DNA of 47,612 nucleotides from Candidatus Blackburnbacteria bacterium RIFCSPHIGHO2_12_FULL_44_25 (GTDB lineage Bacteria; Patescibacteriota; Microgenomatia; UBA8517; UBA10165), in NCBI GenBank assembly GCA_001816455.1, contig MHCB01000012.1, forward strand, positions 1 through 47,612. The letters are read 5' to 3'. Shown one piece after another: positions 6,624-16,453 of the stretch. Under the pieces are notes generated by a model. The model saw nothing but the letters and a program-made list of their open reading frames with translations. It was not told the origin of the DNA and did not search any database. Position numbers and translations under genes: made by a program. Numbering within the stretch: position 1 is the stretch's first letter; each line of letters begins with the position of its first letter.

Positions 6624-8096
6624 GTGGCGCAAGCTAATTCCGAACTGACCCTCGAAACAATAAAACAAAGATCCGTACACGGCGTCATCGCTCTCACCGG
6701 AAGAACCTTTATCCTCCAAGCAATAAATTTTGTTTCCCTTGCTTTTTTTACAATTCTCTTTACCCAAGTCGAATATGGAATTTACGGAATAGCTCTAGCC
6801 GTTCGGGGTTTTTTAACCTACTTTTCAGACATTGGTCTTGCTGCGGCGTTAATTCAAAAACGCAACAAAGTAACAAAAAACGAGTTGGGGACAACCTTTA
6901 TCATCCAACAGTCACTGGTGATTCTTCTTGTTGCAATAGGTTTTGCGGCAACCCCCTTCCTTGCCCGCTGGCAACAACTAACTACCCCCGGAATTTACCT
7001 CCTTTGGTCATTTTATATTGGATTCCTATTGTCTTCCTTAAAGACCATCCCTTCAGTTCTACTCGAGAGAAAGTTAGAATTCACAAAATTAGTAATCCCT
7101 CAAATCTTCGAATCAATTGCTTTCAATCTCGTTGCGATAGGCCTTGCTTGGTCGGGCTTTGGAATAATAAGCCTTGCCTATGCGGTACTTGTGCAGAGTA
7201 TTGTAGGATTAGTCTCAATTTACATACTCAAACCCTGGAGACCAAAGCTTGTCTTTTCCCTCGATTCGATACGAGGCCTGTTTAAATTTGGAGTTCCATA
7301 TCAACTGAATACCTTTCTTGCCGTCCTCAAAGACGACGGCCTAGTTATTGTTTTAGGGGGAATTCTAGGCCCTGCCAACCTGGGACTTCTATTGTGGGCG
7401 AAGAAATGGGGAGAGGCCCCATTAAGGTTCTTTATGGACCAAGTAATAAAGGTCACCTTTCCTGCATTTTCTCGACTCCAAGACGATCATACCCAACTCA
7501 AGAGTGCTCTCTCCCGATCCATTTTTTTTATATGCCTTTTAGTTTTCCCTGCTATCGCGGGACTAATGCTACTGGCTCCTTTATTGACCGAAGTTGTACC
7601 AAAGTATGAAAAGTGGGAGCCAGCCCTGTTTGCACTAAACCTGTTTGGCCTGAGCGCTGGAATCGCCGCCATTACCACCCCCTTGACTAATATGCTCAAC
7701 GCTATCGGCAGAATCCGTACAACCTTCAAACTCATGATTATGTGGGTAATTTTGACCTGGGCGATAATGCCCTACTTTGCCAACCGAGGTGGAGTTAACG
7801 GAGCAGCGCTGGGAGCACTGTTGATAGGACTAAGCTCGGTAGTTGCAATCGTTATCGCATATAAGTATGTAAAATTTGACGTTTCCTATTCGATCGTGAA
7901 ACCGCTATTGGGAACCACAGCAATGGCGACCATTCTTTATTTCTTAAGAACAGTGGTCCCCGTCAGTTGGTTAGGCGTTTCCAGTTTAATAATAACAGGG
8001 GTTATCTTCTATTCTGTCGTAATAAGTCTATTAATTGGCCCCACCCTAGCCGTTGATGCAAGGAAAGTCTGGTATGCAATCGCTAAAAAACAATAA
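6600..8096 (+). CDS. MOP-superfamily (Wzx-like) polysaccharide/lipid-linked oligosaccharide flippase
   Basis: 498 aa, TTG start at 6600 (GTG at 6624 is the alternative). About 12-14 TM helices. YGIYGIALAVRGFLTYFSDIGLAAALIQKRN is typical of Polysacc_synt family N-termini. Confidence 0.8.
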   Translation: MTDDTILSVAQANSELTLETIKQRSVHGVIALTGRTFILQAINFVSLAFFTILFTQVEYGIYGIALAVRGFLTYFSDIGLAAALIQKRNKVTKNELGTTFIIQQSLVILLVAIGFAATPFLARWQQLTTPGIYLLWSFYIGFLLSSLKTIPSVLLERKLEFTKLVIPQIFESIAFNLVAIGLAWSGFGIISLAYAVLVQSIVGLVSIYILKPWRPKLVFSLDSIRGLFKFGVPYQLNTFLAVLKDDGLVIVLGGILGPANLGLLLWAKKWGEAPLRFFMDQVIKVTFPAFSRLQDDHTQLKSALSRSIFFICLLVFPAIAGLMLLAPLLTEVVPKYEKWEPALFALNLFGLSAGIAAITTPLTNMLNAIGRIRTTFKLMIMWVILTWAIMPYFANRGGVNGAALGALLIGLSSVVAIVIAYKYVKFDVSYSIVKPLLGTTAMATILYFLRTVVPVSWLGVSSLIITGVIFYSVVISLLIGPTLAVDARKVWYAIAKKQ

Positions 8097-9789
8097 ACCC
8101 GCTGCTCTTCTTATCATTATCGGAAGTCTCGTTTGGAGTCTTACTATGGTTAAAAGCGGGCTCTGCTGGGACGCGAAATGCGTCGGAGGCATAGGATTCT
8201 GGGGCCCCAACGGCCACGACGGCGTGTGGCACATAGCACTCATAAATCATCTGGCTAATGACTCTCTGGAGATGCCCGTCTTCTCAGGCTCAGACCTAAA
8301 AAACTACCATATAGGCTTTGATTTGTTATTAAGCCTCTTTGTACGGTTTTTCCATATTCCCGCCCAAACGCTATACTTCCAAATAATTCCACCCATCGTT
8401 GCTGTATTAATCGGCTTTTTAACCTACTTGTTTGTGGAGCGATGGACCAAATCAAAAAAAGGAGCATTTTGGGCCACCTTTTTTGTCTATTTTGGCGGAA
8501 GTTTTGGCCCAATAGTTTCCTTAATCCGGGATGGTCACATAGGAGGGGAGTCAACATTTTGGTCTCAGCAAGCAATCTCCACGCTAATCAACCCTCCTTT
8601 TGCGTTATCTCTCGTTGCTTTACTGGTAATACTACTTATCCTCCTTAAATACGAGGAAAAAAAAACTTGGAAAAAATTCGCGGTTTTAGTTCTCTTAATT
8701 GCAATTACGACCCAAATCAAGGTCTATGCTGGAATCCTAACGATTAGCGCCCTGCTGGCGGTTGGACTGTATGACCTCGTTCTTAAAAAAAACACTTCAT
8801 ACCTTGCTCTTGCCACAACATCTTTGGTTATCTCTTTACTGTTGTTTATCCCTCTAAACAAAAACTCCTCTTCTCTAGTTGTCTTTCAACCTTTTTGGTT
8901 TTTAGAAACAATGATGGCCCTGTCAGACCGTCTGGGTTGGCCACGCTACTACGAGGCAATGACAAACTATAAGGCGGGGGGAAACTTTGTGAAAGGTGTA
9001 CCAGCTTATATAGTTGCTTTTATTATTTTCTGGGCAGGAAACATGGGGACACGTATTGTTGCTGGAACCGAAAACTTTCGGTGGATTAAGAGTTGGAACA
9101 AGCTTTCTCCCATTAAGGTTTTTATGGTAGTCCTTACGACAGAAGCATTAACAGCGCCGATGTTATTCCTCCAAAAGGGAACACCTTGGAACACCATTCA
9201 GTTTTTTTACTACTATCTGTTTTTCGCAAGCATCATTGCCGGAATCGCCTTCGAGAATTTGATCAAAGATAAATCGCACCAAGTACGTATCATTCTTGTT
9301 TGCGCCCTCCTCGTCCTCACGCTTCCAACCACCTATGCCACTCTACAACACTATCTTCCCTCTCGCCCCCCGGCAAGACTTCCAAATGATGAGATAGAAG
9401 CCCTGAAGTTTTTATCCAAAAACGAAAGAGGAGTCGTCTTAACTTATCCCTTTGATTCCTACGCAGCCGAGCAAGCGGTAGTTAATCCACCAAGGCCTCT
9501 ATACCTGTATGAATCAACTGCCTATGTCGCTGCCTTTTCCGGAAAACCGACTTTTCTGGAAGATGAAATAAACCTAAACATTACCGATTACGAATGGCGA
9601 GCCCGTAGAAAAGAGGTTGAAGAATGGCTTAAAAACCTTGATCAAAAAGAAACATACGCCTTCTTGAGAAAAAACAACATTAAATACGTCTACTGGGTTA
9701 AAGGCCAACGCGCGAGTTTAGGAGAAACCCAACTCGGAATCTCACGCATCTTCGAGAACAAATCCGTAGATATTTATCAAGTAGACTAA
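8053..9789 (+). CDS. Large polytopic membrane protein, GT-C-like or glycan polymerase/ligase-like, unclassified
   Basis: 578-aa ORF; the likely start is ATG 8056 or 8074 (MQSLKNNKPAALLIIIG). The first loop is GFWGPNGHDGVWHIALINHL...NYHIGFDLL. There are more than 10 hydrophobic segments and a soluble C-terminal region of about 150 aa (YPFDSYAAEQAVVNPPRPLYLYESTAYVAAFSGKPTFLEDE). Confidence 0.5.
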   Translation: MMQGKSGMQSLKNNKPAALLIIIGSLVWSLTMVKSGLCWDAKCVGGIGFWGPNGHDGVWHIALINHLANDSLEMPVFSGSDLKNYHIGFDLLLSLFVRFFHIPAQTLYFQIIPPIVAVLIGFLTYLFVERWTKSKKGAFWATFFVYFGGSFGPIVSLIRDGHIGGESTFWSQQAISTLINPPFALSLVALLVILLILLKYEEKKTWKKFAVLVLLIAITTQIKVYAGILTISALLAVGLYDLVLKKNTSYLALATTSLVISLLLFIPLNKNSSSLVVFQPFWFLETMMALSDRLGWPRYYEAMTNYKAGGNFVKGVPAYIVAFIIFWAGNMGTRIVAGTENFRWIKSWNKLSPIKVFMVVLTTEALTAPMLFLQKGTPWNTIQFFYYYLFFASIIAGIAFENLIKDKSHQVRIILVCALLVLTLPTTYATLQHYLPSRPPARLPNDEIEALKFLSKNERGVVLTYPFDSYAAEQAVVNPPRPLYLYESTAYVAAFSGKPTFLEDEINLNITDYEWRARRKEVEEWLKNLDQKETYAFLRKNNIKYVYWVKGQRASLGETQLGISRIFENKSVDIYQVD

Positions 9790-9811
9790 CTTACGCTACA
9801 ATAAAAGACAA

Positions 9812-10708
9812 ATGACAGTCACCGTGGTCATAAACACTCTAAATGAAGAAAAGAATCTGCCCCGTGCTCTGGCATCAATAAAATCCATTGCTGATGAAAT
9901 TGTCGTAGTAGACATGGAATCCACAGACAAAACTGTTGCAATCGCCAAAAAGGAAGGTGCTAAGGTCTATTCCCATAAACCAGTTGGTTACGTCGAACCT
10001 GCCCGCAATTTTGCAATAAGTAAAGCCAACTGCGATTGGATATTAATACTCGACGCAGACGAAGAAATAAAGCCGGAACTTGCCAAAAAGCTAAAAATTA
10101 TCGCAAAAAGTAAAAAACCTTCGGATTTCTATAGACTTCCTAGGAAAAACATCGTTTTCAAAAAATGGCTCAAACACTCTCGCTGGTGGCCAGATTACAA
10201 CATCCGTTTTTTCAAAAAAGGTGCAGTGAGTTGGAACGAGGTAATTCATTCCGTACCAGAGACAAAAGGAGAAGGACTCGATCTGCCAGCCCAGGAAAAA
10301 TTTGCGATTATCCACCACCACTATGAGACAGTTGCCCAATACTTAGAACGGCATAATAGATATAGCACAGTGCTTGCAACAGAGCTCCAAAAAAAAGGAT
10401 ACGAATTTTATTCACTAGATCTAATAAAAAAACCTCTGGGTGAATTTTTAAGCAGGTATTTTGCAGGGGAAGGCTATAAGGATGGAGTACATGGATTAGC
10501 ACTAAGCGCCCTTCAAGCATTCGTAGAGCTAACTGTTTATATAAAGGTTTGGGAAAAGGAAGGATTTCAAGAAAGCGAAATTACCCAGAAACAAATAAGC
10601 ACCCAATTCTCAAAAAGTGAATTCGAACTTGACTATTGGCTTCGGAATACAGGTATCAGAAAATACAATCTACCCGAAAAATTCCTCAGACGGCTTCTAC
10701 AAAAATAA
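9812..10708 (+). CDS. GT2 glycosyltransferase, WaaE/LgtF (beta-1,4-glucosyltransferase)-like
   Basis: 298 aa. VTVVINTLNEEKNLPRAL...EIVVVDMESTDKT...ILILDADEE, then WWPDYNIRFFKKG...VIHS...HHHY...YLERHNRYST. It is a paralog of 11613 and 30838. Confidence 0.85.
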   Translation: MTVTVVINTLNEEKNLPRALASIKSIADEIVVVDMESTDKTVAIAKKEGAKVYSHKPVGYVEPARNFAISKANCDWILILDADEEIKPELAKKLKIIAKSKKPSDFYRLPRKNIVFKKWLKHSRWWPDYNIRFFKKGAVSWNEVIHSVPETKGEGLDLPAQEKFAIIHHHYETVAQYLERHNRYSTVLATELQKKGYEFYSLDLIKKPLGEFLSRYFAGEGYKDGVHGLALSALQAFVELTVYIKVWEKEGFQESEITQKQISTQFSKSEFELDYWLRNTGIRKYNLPEKFLRRLLQK

Positions 10709-11616
10709 TGTACCAAGTGTCTATAGTCATCCTAAACTGGAATGGAATCAAAGACACGCTTGAATGTCTAAGCAGCATCCGAAAATTACGAAGTACGAAT
10801 TACAAATTACAAGTTATCGTTGTAGATAACGGATCCACCGATAATTCACGAACCCTGCTGCGCAAAGAAAAAAAAATTACCCTACTAGAAAATAAAAAAA
10901 ACCTAGGTTATGCTGGCGGAAACAATGTCGGCATAAGATATGCCGTGGAAAATGGTGCGGACTTCATACTCCTTTTGAACAATGACACAACAGTCTCTGA
11001 AAGTTTCTTAAACAAATTTCTAGACGCGGCAGAATCCCATAAAGAAGGGGGTGTCTTCTCCCCAAAAATATACTTTGCCAAGGGTTATGAGTACCACAAA
11101 GAGGACTATCATCCAAACGAACTGGGAAAAGTCATCTGGTACGCAGGTGGAATAATTGATTGGAAAAATGTTTTGGGTTCCAACTATGGCGTGGACGACG
11201 TAGATGTTGGCCAGTATCACGTCATCCGCAAGATTGACTTTGCAACAGGCGCATGCGTGTTTTTAAGACGCGAGGTAATAGAAACGATAGGCTACCTAAA
11301 CGAACGGTATTTTTTATACCTCGAAGACGTAGACTATTCAATCAGAGCTCGCCAAGCAGGTTGGAAAATCCTTTTTGTCCCCGACAGCCACATTTGGCAT
11401 AAAGTTTCTCAAAGCTCAGGCATAGGCGGTGCTTTGAATGACTATTATATAACCAGAAACCGTCTCCTATTCGGTCTCACATATGCTCCTATTCGGTCCA
11501 AAATTGCTCTTCTCCGCGAAAGCATTAAATTGTTACTAGCCGGTCGCCCTTGGCAGAAAAAAGGAGTCATTGATTTTTACAAACAGAGCTTTGGGAAAGG
11601 AAGTTTTAGCCAATGA
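10708..11616 (+). CDS. GT2 glycosyltransferase, WbbL/rhamnosyltransferase-like subfamily
   Basis: The track ORF starts at 10636. I prefer ATG 10708, which forms a TAATG junction with the previous stop: MYQVSIVILNWNGIKDTLECL...VIVVDNGSTDNS...NLGYAGGNN...LLLNNDT...GACVFLRREV...YLEDVDYSIRARQAGWKILFVP. Confidence 0.85.
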   Translation: MYQVSIVILNWNGIKDTLECLSSIRKLRSTNYKLQVIVVDNGSTDNSRTLLRKEKKITLLENKKNLGYAGGNNVGIRYAVENGADFILLLNNDTTVSESFLNKFLDAAESHKEGGVFSPKIYFAKGYEYHKEDYHPNELGKVIWYAGGIIDWKNVLGSNYGVDDVDVGQYHVIRKIDFATGACVFLRREVIETIGYLNERYFLYLEDVDYSIRARQAGWKILFVPDSHIWHKVSQSSGIGGALNDYYITRNRLLFGLTYAPIRSKIALLRESIKLLLAGRPWQKKGVIDFYKQSFGKGSFSQ

Positions 11617-12374
11617 CACTAAGCGTAGTAATTATCACCAAAAATACCGAGAAAAAAATAGAGGACTGCTTGGAATCAATAAAGGACCTGGCAGACGAGA
11701 TAATCCTTTTGGATGGCGGGTCTACGGACAAAACAATTTCTTTAGGTAAAAAGTATAACGCAAAAATATACAAACAAAGGGGAAAGAACTTTGCTTCGTG
11801 GCGAACGCAAGCAAAGGGAGTAGCAAACGGGGAATGGTTATTCTATGTAGACTACGACGAAAGAGTATCGGAGGAACTTAGAGAAGAGATAAAAAGAGAA
11901 ACCCAAACCAGTAAATTCTCGGCTTTTGACATGCCTCGTAAGAACTTTGTTTTTGGAAAATATTTAAGATATGGCGGATGGTATCCTGACTACGTCCTTC
12001 GTCTCATCAAGAAAAAGAATCTTTTAAGATGGGACGGGGAGGTACACGAACAACCCAAAATAAACGGTAGTATTGGCCGACTTAAAAATGCACTAGTCCA
12101 CATTAAGGAGGAGAATATCGGCGATATGGTTACAAAAACCAACCGCTACGCAACCTTTGAAGCCAAACTTCTGTTTGATGCCGGCCACCCTCCCGTGACT
12201 TGGTGGAGGTTTATGCGGGTGATTCTACAAGAAATATGGCACAGGCTAGTTACAAAACTGGGAGTATTAGATGGACCCGAAGGGATTATTTACTGCGTTT
12301 ACCAGGGTTACAGTCGGTTTGTCACCTACGCCAAACTTTGGGAGATGCAAAAAACCCAGACACCTAAAAAATGA
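11613..12374 (+). CDS. GT2 glycosyltransferase, WaaE/LgtF-like
   Basis: 253 aa. LSVVIITKNTEKKIEDCL...EIILLDGGSTDKT...YVDYDERV...WYPDYVLRLIKKK...VHEQP...KTNRYATFEA. ATGA overlap with the upstream gene. Confidence 0.85.
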   Translation: MTLSVVIITKNTEKKIEDCLESIKDLADEIILLDGGSTDKTISLGKKYNAKIYKQRGKNFASWRTQAKGVANGEWLFYVDYDERVSEELREEIKRETQTSKFSAFDMPRKNFVFGKYLRYGGWYPDYVLRLIKKKNLLRWDGEVHEQPKINGSIGRLKNALVHIKEENIGDMVTKTNRYATFEAKLLFDAGHPPVTWWRFMRVILQEIWHRLVTKLGVLDGPEGIIYCVYQGYSRFVTYAKLWEMQKTQTPKK

Positions 12375-13399
12375 AAGCATTAATCTACGACCCATACTTA
12401 GACACAGCCGGAGGGGGAGAAAGGTACATGCTAACTGCATCCAGTATTCTACTGAAAAGTGGATACAACGTCGATGTCTGGTGGAAGGATAAAAAAATAG
12501 ACGACTGGTTAGATACTCGCCTCGGGATAGACCTGTCAAAAGTAAATTTTACAGAAGAATTAAACCACGGCTTAGGGTATGACCTAGTTTTCTGGCTATC
12601 CGACGGAAGTATCCCTCTCCTTCTGGGCAAAAAGAACATCGTTCACTTCCAGACTCCTTTTACAAACGTCGACGGTCGATCGTTATTTAACCGATTAAAG
12701 AAAACAAAAATAAACGCCTTTATCTGCAACTCTCGTTTCACAAAGCAGTTTGTAGACAAGGAATATGGAGTAAATTCATTGGTTGCCTATCCTCCGGTAA
12801 ACATCAATCTTTTTAAGAGCGGCAGAAAAGAAAATATAATTCTCTTTGTTGGACGGTATTCTCAACTTCAACAACATAAAAGACAAGACATTCTAATAGA
12901 AAGTTTCAAAAAAATGTGTGGTTCTGGGTTAAAAAACTGGCGCCTGGTCCTAATAGGGGGGAGCGAAGTTGGCGGCCGCGAGTTTGTCGAGTACCTAAAG
13001 GAGAACTCACGCGGGTATCCAATTAGCATCCTGGAAAATTTGCCATTGAGTGGAGTTCGTGAATTCTATGCAAAATCAAAAATCTTTTGGTCTGCCTCAG
13101 GCTTTGGTGTCGACGAGGGAAAAGAACCCCACCAAGTAGAACATTTTGGAATGACCGTTGTCGAGGCTCAATCAGCAAAATGTGTACCAATCGTTGTTAA
13201 CAAAGGGGGGCACAAAGAAACAATAAGAGAAGGTAAAAACGGCTTTTTATGGACCGATACCCAACAACTTGAACAAATAACCTTAGATTTGATAAGAAAT
13301 GAAAGGAGGAGGAAAGAAATTGCAATCACTGCTGAAAAAGATTCAAAAAGATTTTCTGTCAACGCATTTGAGAAGAGCATTGGTGAGATTTTTAAATAA
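12371..13399 (+). CDS. GT4 (GT-B fold) glycosyltransferase
   Basis: 342 aa. The N-terminus is GGGERYM. The C-terminal EX7E region is VEHFGMTVVEAQSAKCVPIVVNKGGHKETIREGKNGFLW. ATGA overlap upstream. Confidence 0.85.
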   Translation: MKALIYDPYLDTAGGGERYMLTASSILLKSGYNVDVWWKDKKIDDWLDTRLGIDLSKVNFTEELNHGLGYDLVFWLSDGSIPLLLGKKNIVHFQTPFTNVDGRSLFNRLKKTKINAFICNSRFTKQFVDKEYGVNSLVAYPPVNINLFKSGRKENIILFVGRYSQLQQHKRQDILIESFKKMCGSGLKNWRLVLIGGSEVGGREFVEYLKENSRGYPISILENLPLSGVREFYAKSKIFWSASGFGVDEGKEPHQVEHFGMTVVEAQSAKCVPIVVNKGGHKETIREGKNGFLWTDTQQLEQITLDLIRNERRRKEIAITAEKDSKRFSVNAFEKSIGEIFK

Positions 13400-15788
13400 A
13401 ACCTGGCCATTTATCTTGCTGGCGTCTATTGTCACAGTCTTCTTTTACCCTGTCTTTCTCGAAAATAAAATTCCTCTCCCTGGAGATTTTGTAGTCGGTG
13501 CTTACTATCCATGGCTAGATTATAAATGGGGTTTTCCGGTGGGAGTCCCAGTCAAGAATCCGATAACAACAGATGTTGTTTCTTTCATTTACCCCATGCA
13601 AATGTTGGCAATAGACCTCTTGAAAAACGGCGAATGGCCATTATGGAACCCATATATCTTAGGAGGCACCCCACTTCTTGCAAACTTTCAATCCGCCCCA
13701 TTTTCTCCAACCAATTTTGTTTATTGGTTGTTTGACCGTCTAACTGCTTGGAGTGTACAGATAATGCTCCAACATCTTCTTGCTGGAACATTTACCTATC
13801 TTTTGCTTGTCCATTGGAAAATAAAAAAACTACCAGCAGTAATCGGAGCCACTATATTTGCGTTTTCTGGTTTCAATATGGTCTGGTCTCAGTGGAATGG
13901 CCATGCGCTTGCCGCAGCTTTTATTCCACTGCTCTTACTCCTGGAAGATAAATGGCTCCAAAGTGGCAAAATCTCAAACCTAATTCTGTTTCCTACGGTC
14001 CTCGCTATCCAAATTTACTCGGGTTATCCCCAGGTGGTTCTCTATACGGCACTTAGCATAATCTTGCTTTTTTTATGGCGATTCGAAAAAAGCAAGAAGT
14101 ATCTTATAAAAGCTGTCATGTTGGGAGTAGCTGGCCTCTTCGGACTTGGGCTGGCGGCTCCTCAGATACTCCCCGGAGCCGAACTTCTATCTCTTTCACA
14201 ACGAGAGGTAGAACCACATCCATACGAATGGGCCTTTCTACCGTGGATTAAAACAATAACATTTCTTGCTCCAGACTTCTTTGGCAACCACGCTACTCAA
14301 AACTATTGGGGACCCCAAGACTATACATCAAACACAGGATTCGTTGGTGTCGTTGCTGCAACACTTGCGTGTGCGGGAATTTTGCATTCAAAGAACAAGA
14401 ATAAAAGGTTTGCAATCGTCCTTTTGTGTATTTCTTTGATTTTATCCTTCCCCACACCTGTTTCCATCTTTTTTTGGAAGACCGGAGTTTTTGGACTTCA
14501 GGCTGCCTCGGCCCATCGAGCTCTCGTACTCTTTAATCTAGGTATAGCCATCCTTGCGGGATTTGGAGCAAACACCCTTATCGCCAAAAAAATCAGTCCT
14601 CTGAAAACGTTTTTACTACCGACCGTCCTACTCTTATTTTTCCTTACGGTTTCTGCCTTTCTCTATGTTCACGGACCATTTAACCTTCCGGAAGCCCCTG
14701 ACAGTTTCAATATCCTCACTCAAGAAAAAAGCCAGTACAGAACAGGGCTCAGAAACCTTGCCTATCCAACGCTCATCTTGCTGCTTTCTTTCCCACTGAT
14801 TACAATCGCAAACAAATACAGGCCAGCCAAAAAACACCTGCTTCCAATATTACTTTTGATAACCTGTGCGGAACTTTTTAAGCCTGGGTGGAAATTTACC
14901 CCATTCAGTCCACGCAATATCATTTTCCCCAACACACCAGTTCTGGAATTTCTAAAAAACCAAGAAAAACCATTCAGAACTACGGGTTCCAGAGTAATCC
15001 CCATAAATATGCGAATGCCTTATAAAATCGAAACCCTCGAAGGATATGACGCAGTTTACCCGTTGGAGATCTCTCAATTTATTGCGGCTGTAACAAGCGG
15101 TAGAAGTGGAACAAGCCCAGTTGGGCGATATGGAACAATTGGAGACGAAACAACAAGAGTTTTAGATTTAGTTAACGTTAAATATAATCTCGTAATAAAA
15201 AGAAACAAAAAAAATGAGCCAAGCCCAACTGGCGAAATACCTAGTGCTTTCACCTCGGACAAACTGACACCAGTCTTTGAAGATGGCTCCGTTGCGGTCT
15301 TGAAAAACACAAACGTATTGCCACGTGCTTTCATGGTCTACAATTGGGTAAAGGTGGACGGGCCGGAGGCATTGGATGTATTCATGGACCCCACTTTCCC
15401 CATAGATAAAAAAATCGTACTAGCAGACGACTCGTCAATAACAACAAAACCACAACCTTCCAACAAAGTTGGTGCCGTCAGTTACACAAAAAACACAGAG
15501 AACGAGAGCGTTCTAATAGTAGAAACAGAACAAGACGGGCTTTTGTTTATTTCAGACACATATTACCCCGGTTGGAAAGCCGTGATCGATGGAGAAAGAA
15601 ATTCAATTCTTAGAGCAAATTTCGCATTCAGAGCCATTCCGATTCCCAAAGGTGAACATACTATTAGGATGACGTATGAATCAAGCTCTTTCTTTAATGG
15701 GATCAAAATTGGTATCATTTCGGCACTGCTACTAGGAGGGCTGTCTGTTTTCTTACTTAGAGAAAAAAACAGAAAACTAATTCTGTAA
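13380..15788 (+). CDS. YfhO-family GT-C membrane glycosyltransferase
   Basis: The track ORF starts at 13299. TTG 13380 or GTG 13383 is the more plausible start (MVRFLNKTWPFILL), overlapping the previous gene by about 20 nt. It has the first loop PLPGDFVVGAYYPWLDY, many TM helices, and the family-typical C-terminus DTYYPGWKAVIDGERNSILRANFAFRAIPIPKGEHTIRMTYES plus a terminal TM. Confidence 0.8.
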   Translation: MVRFLNKTWPFILLASIVTVFFYPVFLENKIPLPGDFVVGAYYPWLDYKWGFPVGVPVKNPITTDVVSFIYPMQMLAIDLLKNGEWPLWNPYILGGTPLLANFQSAPFSPTNFVYWLFDRLTAWSVQIMLQHLLAGTFTYLLLVHWKIKKLPAVIGATIFAFSGFNMVWSQWNGHALAAAFIPLLLLLEDKWLQSGKISNLILFPTVLAIQIYSGYPQVVLYTALSIILLFLWRFEKSKKYLIKAVMLGVAGLFGLGLAAPQILPGAELLSLSQREVEPHPYEWAFLPWIKTITFLAPDFFGNHATQNYWGPQDYTSNTGFVGVVAATLACAGILHSKNKNKRFAIVLLCISLILSFPTPVSIFFWKTGVFGLQAASAHRALVLFNLGIAILAGFGANTLIAKKISPLKTFLLPTVLLLFFLTVSAFLYVHGPFNLPEAPDSFNILTQEKSQYRTGLRNLAYPTLILLLSFPLITIANKYRPAKKHLLPILLLITCAELFKPGWKFTPFSPRNIIFPNTPVLEFLKNQEKPFRTTGSRVIPINMRMPYKIETLEGYDAVYPLEISQFIAAVTSGRSGTSPVGRYGTIGDETTRVLDLVNVKYNLVIKRNKKNEPSPTGEIPSAFTSDKLTPVFEDGSVAVLKNTNVLPRAFMVYNWVKVDGPEALDVFMDPTFPIDKKIVLADDSSITTKPQPSNKVGAVSYTKNTENESVLIVETEQDGLLFISDTYYPGWKAVIDGERNSILRANFAFRAIPIPKGEHTIRMTYESSSFFNGIKIGIISALLLGGLSVFLLREKNRKLIL

Positions 15789-16453
15789 TGCAAAACTCGA
15801 ACAAATTAAACCGTCAACAAAAAGCAGCCGAACTTCATAAACAAGTCCCCCCCAACCATTATGCAAGATCAATAAAAGAAAGTTTTCTCCACAGATTTTG
15901 GCATACTACGCGATTTAAGGAGATTGGAGAAATGATTGAACCGGCAGGCGGAAAAATTCTAGACATTGGTTCAGCAGACGGAACTTTCACGAAAGTAATA
16001 ATTGAAAAATCGAAAGCCACCAAAGTCGTTGGCATAGATGTTCTGGCGGCCTCCATTTCGTACGCAAAACGCCGTTTTGCCAGAAGTAAGATAGTGTCCT
16101 TTCGTGTAGCTGATGCCCACGCGCTACCCTTCCCTACAAGAACTTTTGATGCTGTGTTTTGTCTCGAAACTCTTGAGCACGTCGAGGATCCGACCCAGGT
16201 AGCATCGGAAATACACCGAGTACTTAAAGACGACGGATACGCTGTAATTTTAGTACCGAACGAAAACATACTTTTCCGGATCGGGTGGTTTTTTTGGCTT
16301 ATGGGTCCCGGAAAGATATGGAAGAATACCCACATACAAGATCTTTCTGCCGAAGCTATAATGACAACCCTTGGAAAAGCCAACTTTAGAACAAAAGAAA
16401 CAAGGCGCTTTCTGCTCGGAATGCTTCAAGCAGTCAAGGTGGTTAAGAAATGA
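15788..16453 (+). CDS. Class I SAM-dependent methyltransferase
   Basis: 221 aa. Motif I is ILDIGSADGTFT. Also LPFPTRTFDAVFCLETLEHVEDP and DGYAVILVPN. TAATG junction upstream and ATGA junction downstream. Confidence 0.85.
   Translation: MQNSNKLNRQQKAAELHKQVPPNHYARSIKESFLHRFWHTTRFKEIGEMIEPAGGKILDIGSADGTFTKVIIEKSKATKVVGIDVLAASISYAKRRFARSKIVSFRVADAHALPFPTRTFDAVFCLETLEHVEDPTQVASEIHRVLKDDGYAVILVPNENILFRIGWFFWLMGPGKIWKNTHIQDLSAEAIMTTLGKANFRTKETRRFLLGMLQAVKVVKK

Noticed and set aside
10636-10707. N-terminal extensions offered by the ORF track: 10636, 13299, 33746, 34992, 41475, 44799 and 18811.
   Set aside because: The extensions overlap the preceding gene by 30-105 nt and translate to non-hydrophobic junk. 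In each case an in-frame ATG/GTG sits exactly at an ATGA/TAATG junction or just before a canonical family N-terminus (for example VSIVILNWNG, LSVVVPAYK), which gives a better model.
15859-16383. A 174-aa ORF antisense to the methyltransferase gene. Many similar 60-136-aa antisense or out-of-frame ORFs appear in the track, for example 23373-23717(-), 41888-42286(-), 43155-43565(-), 32293-32646(-) and 29422-29742(-).
   Set aside because: All lie entirely inside long, motif-supported genes on the other strand or in another frame. Their translations are low-complexity or Arg/Ser/Cys-rich with no recognisable motifs. They are typical shadow ORFs.
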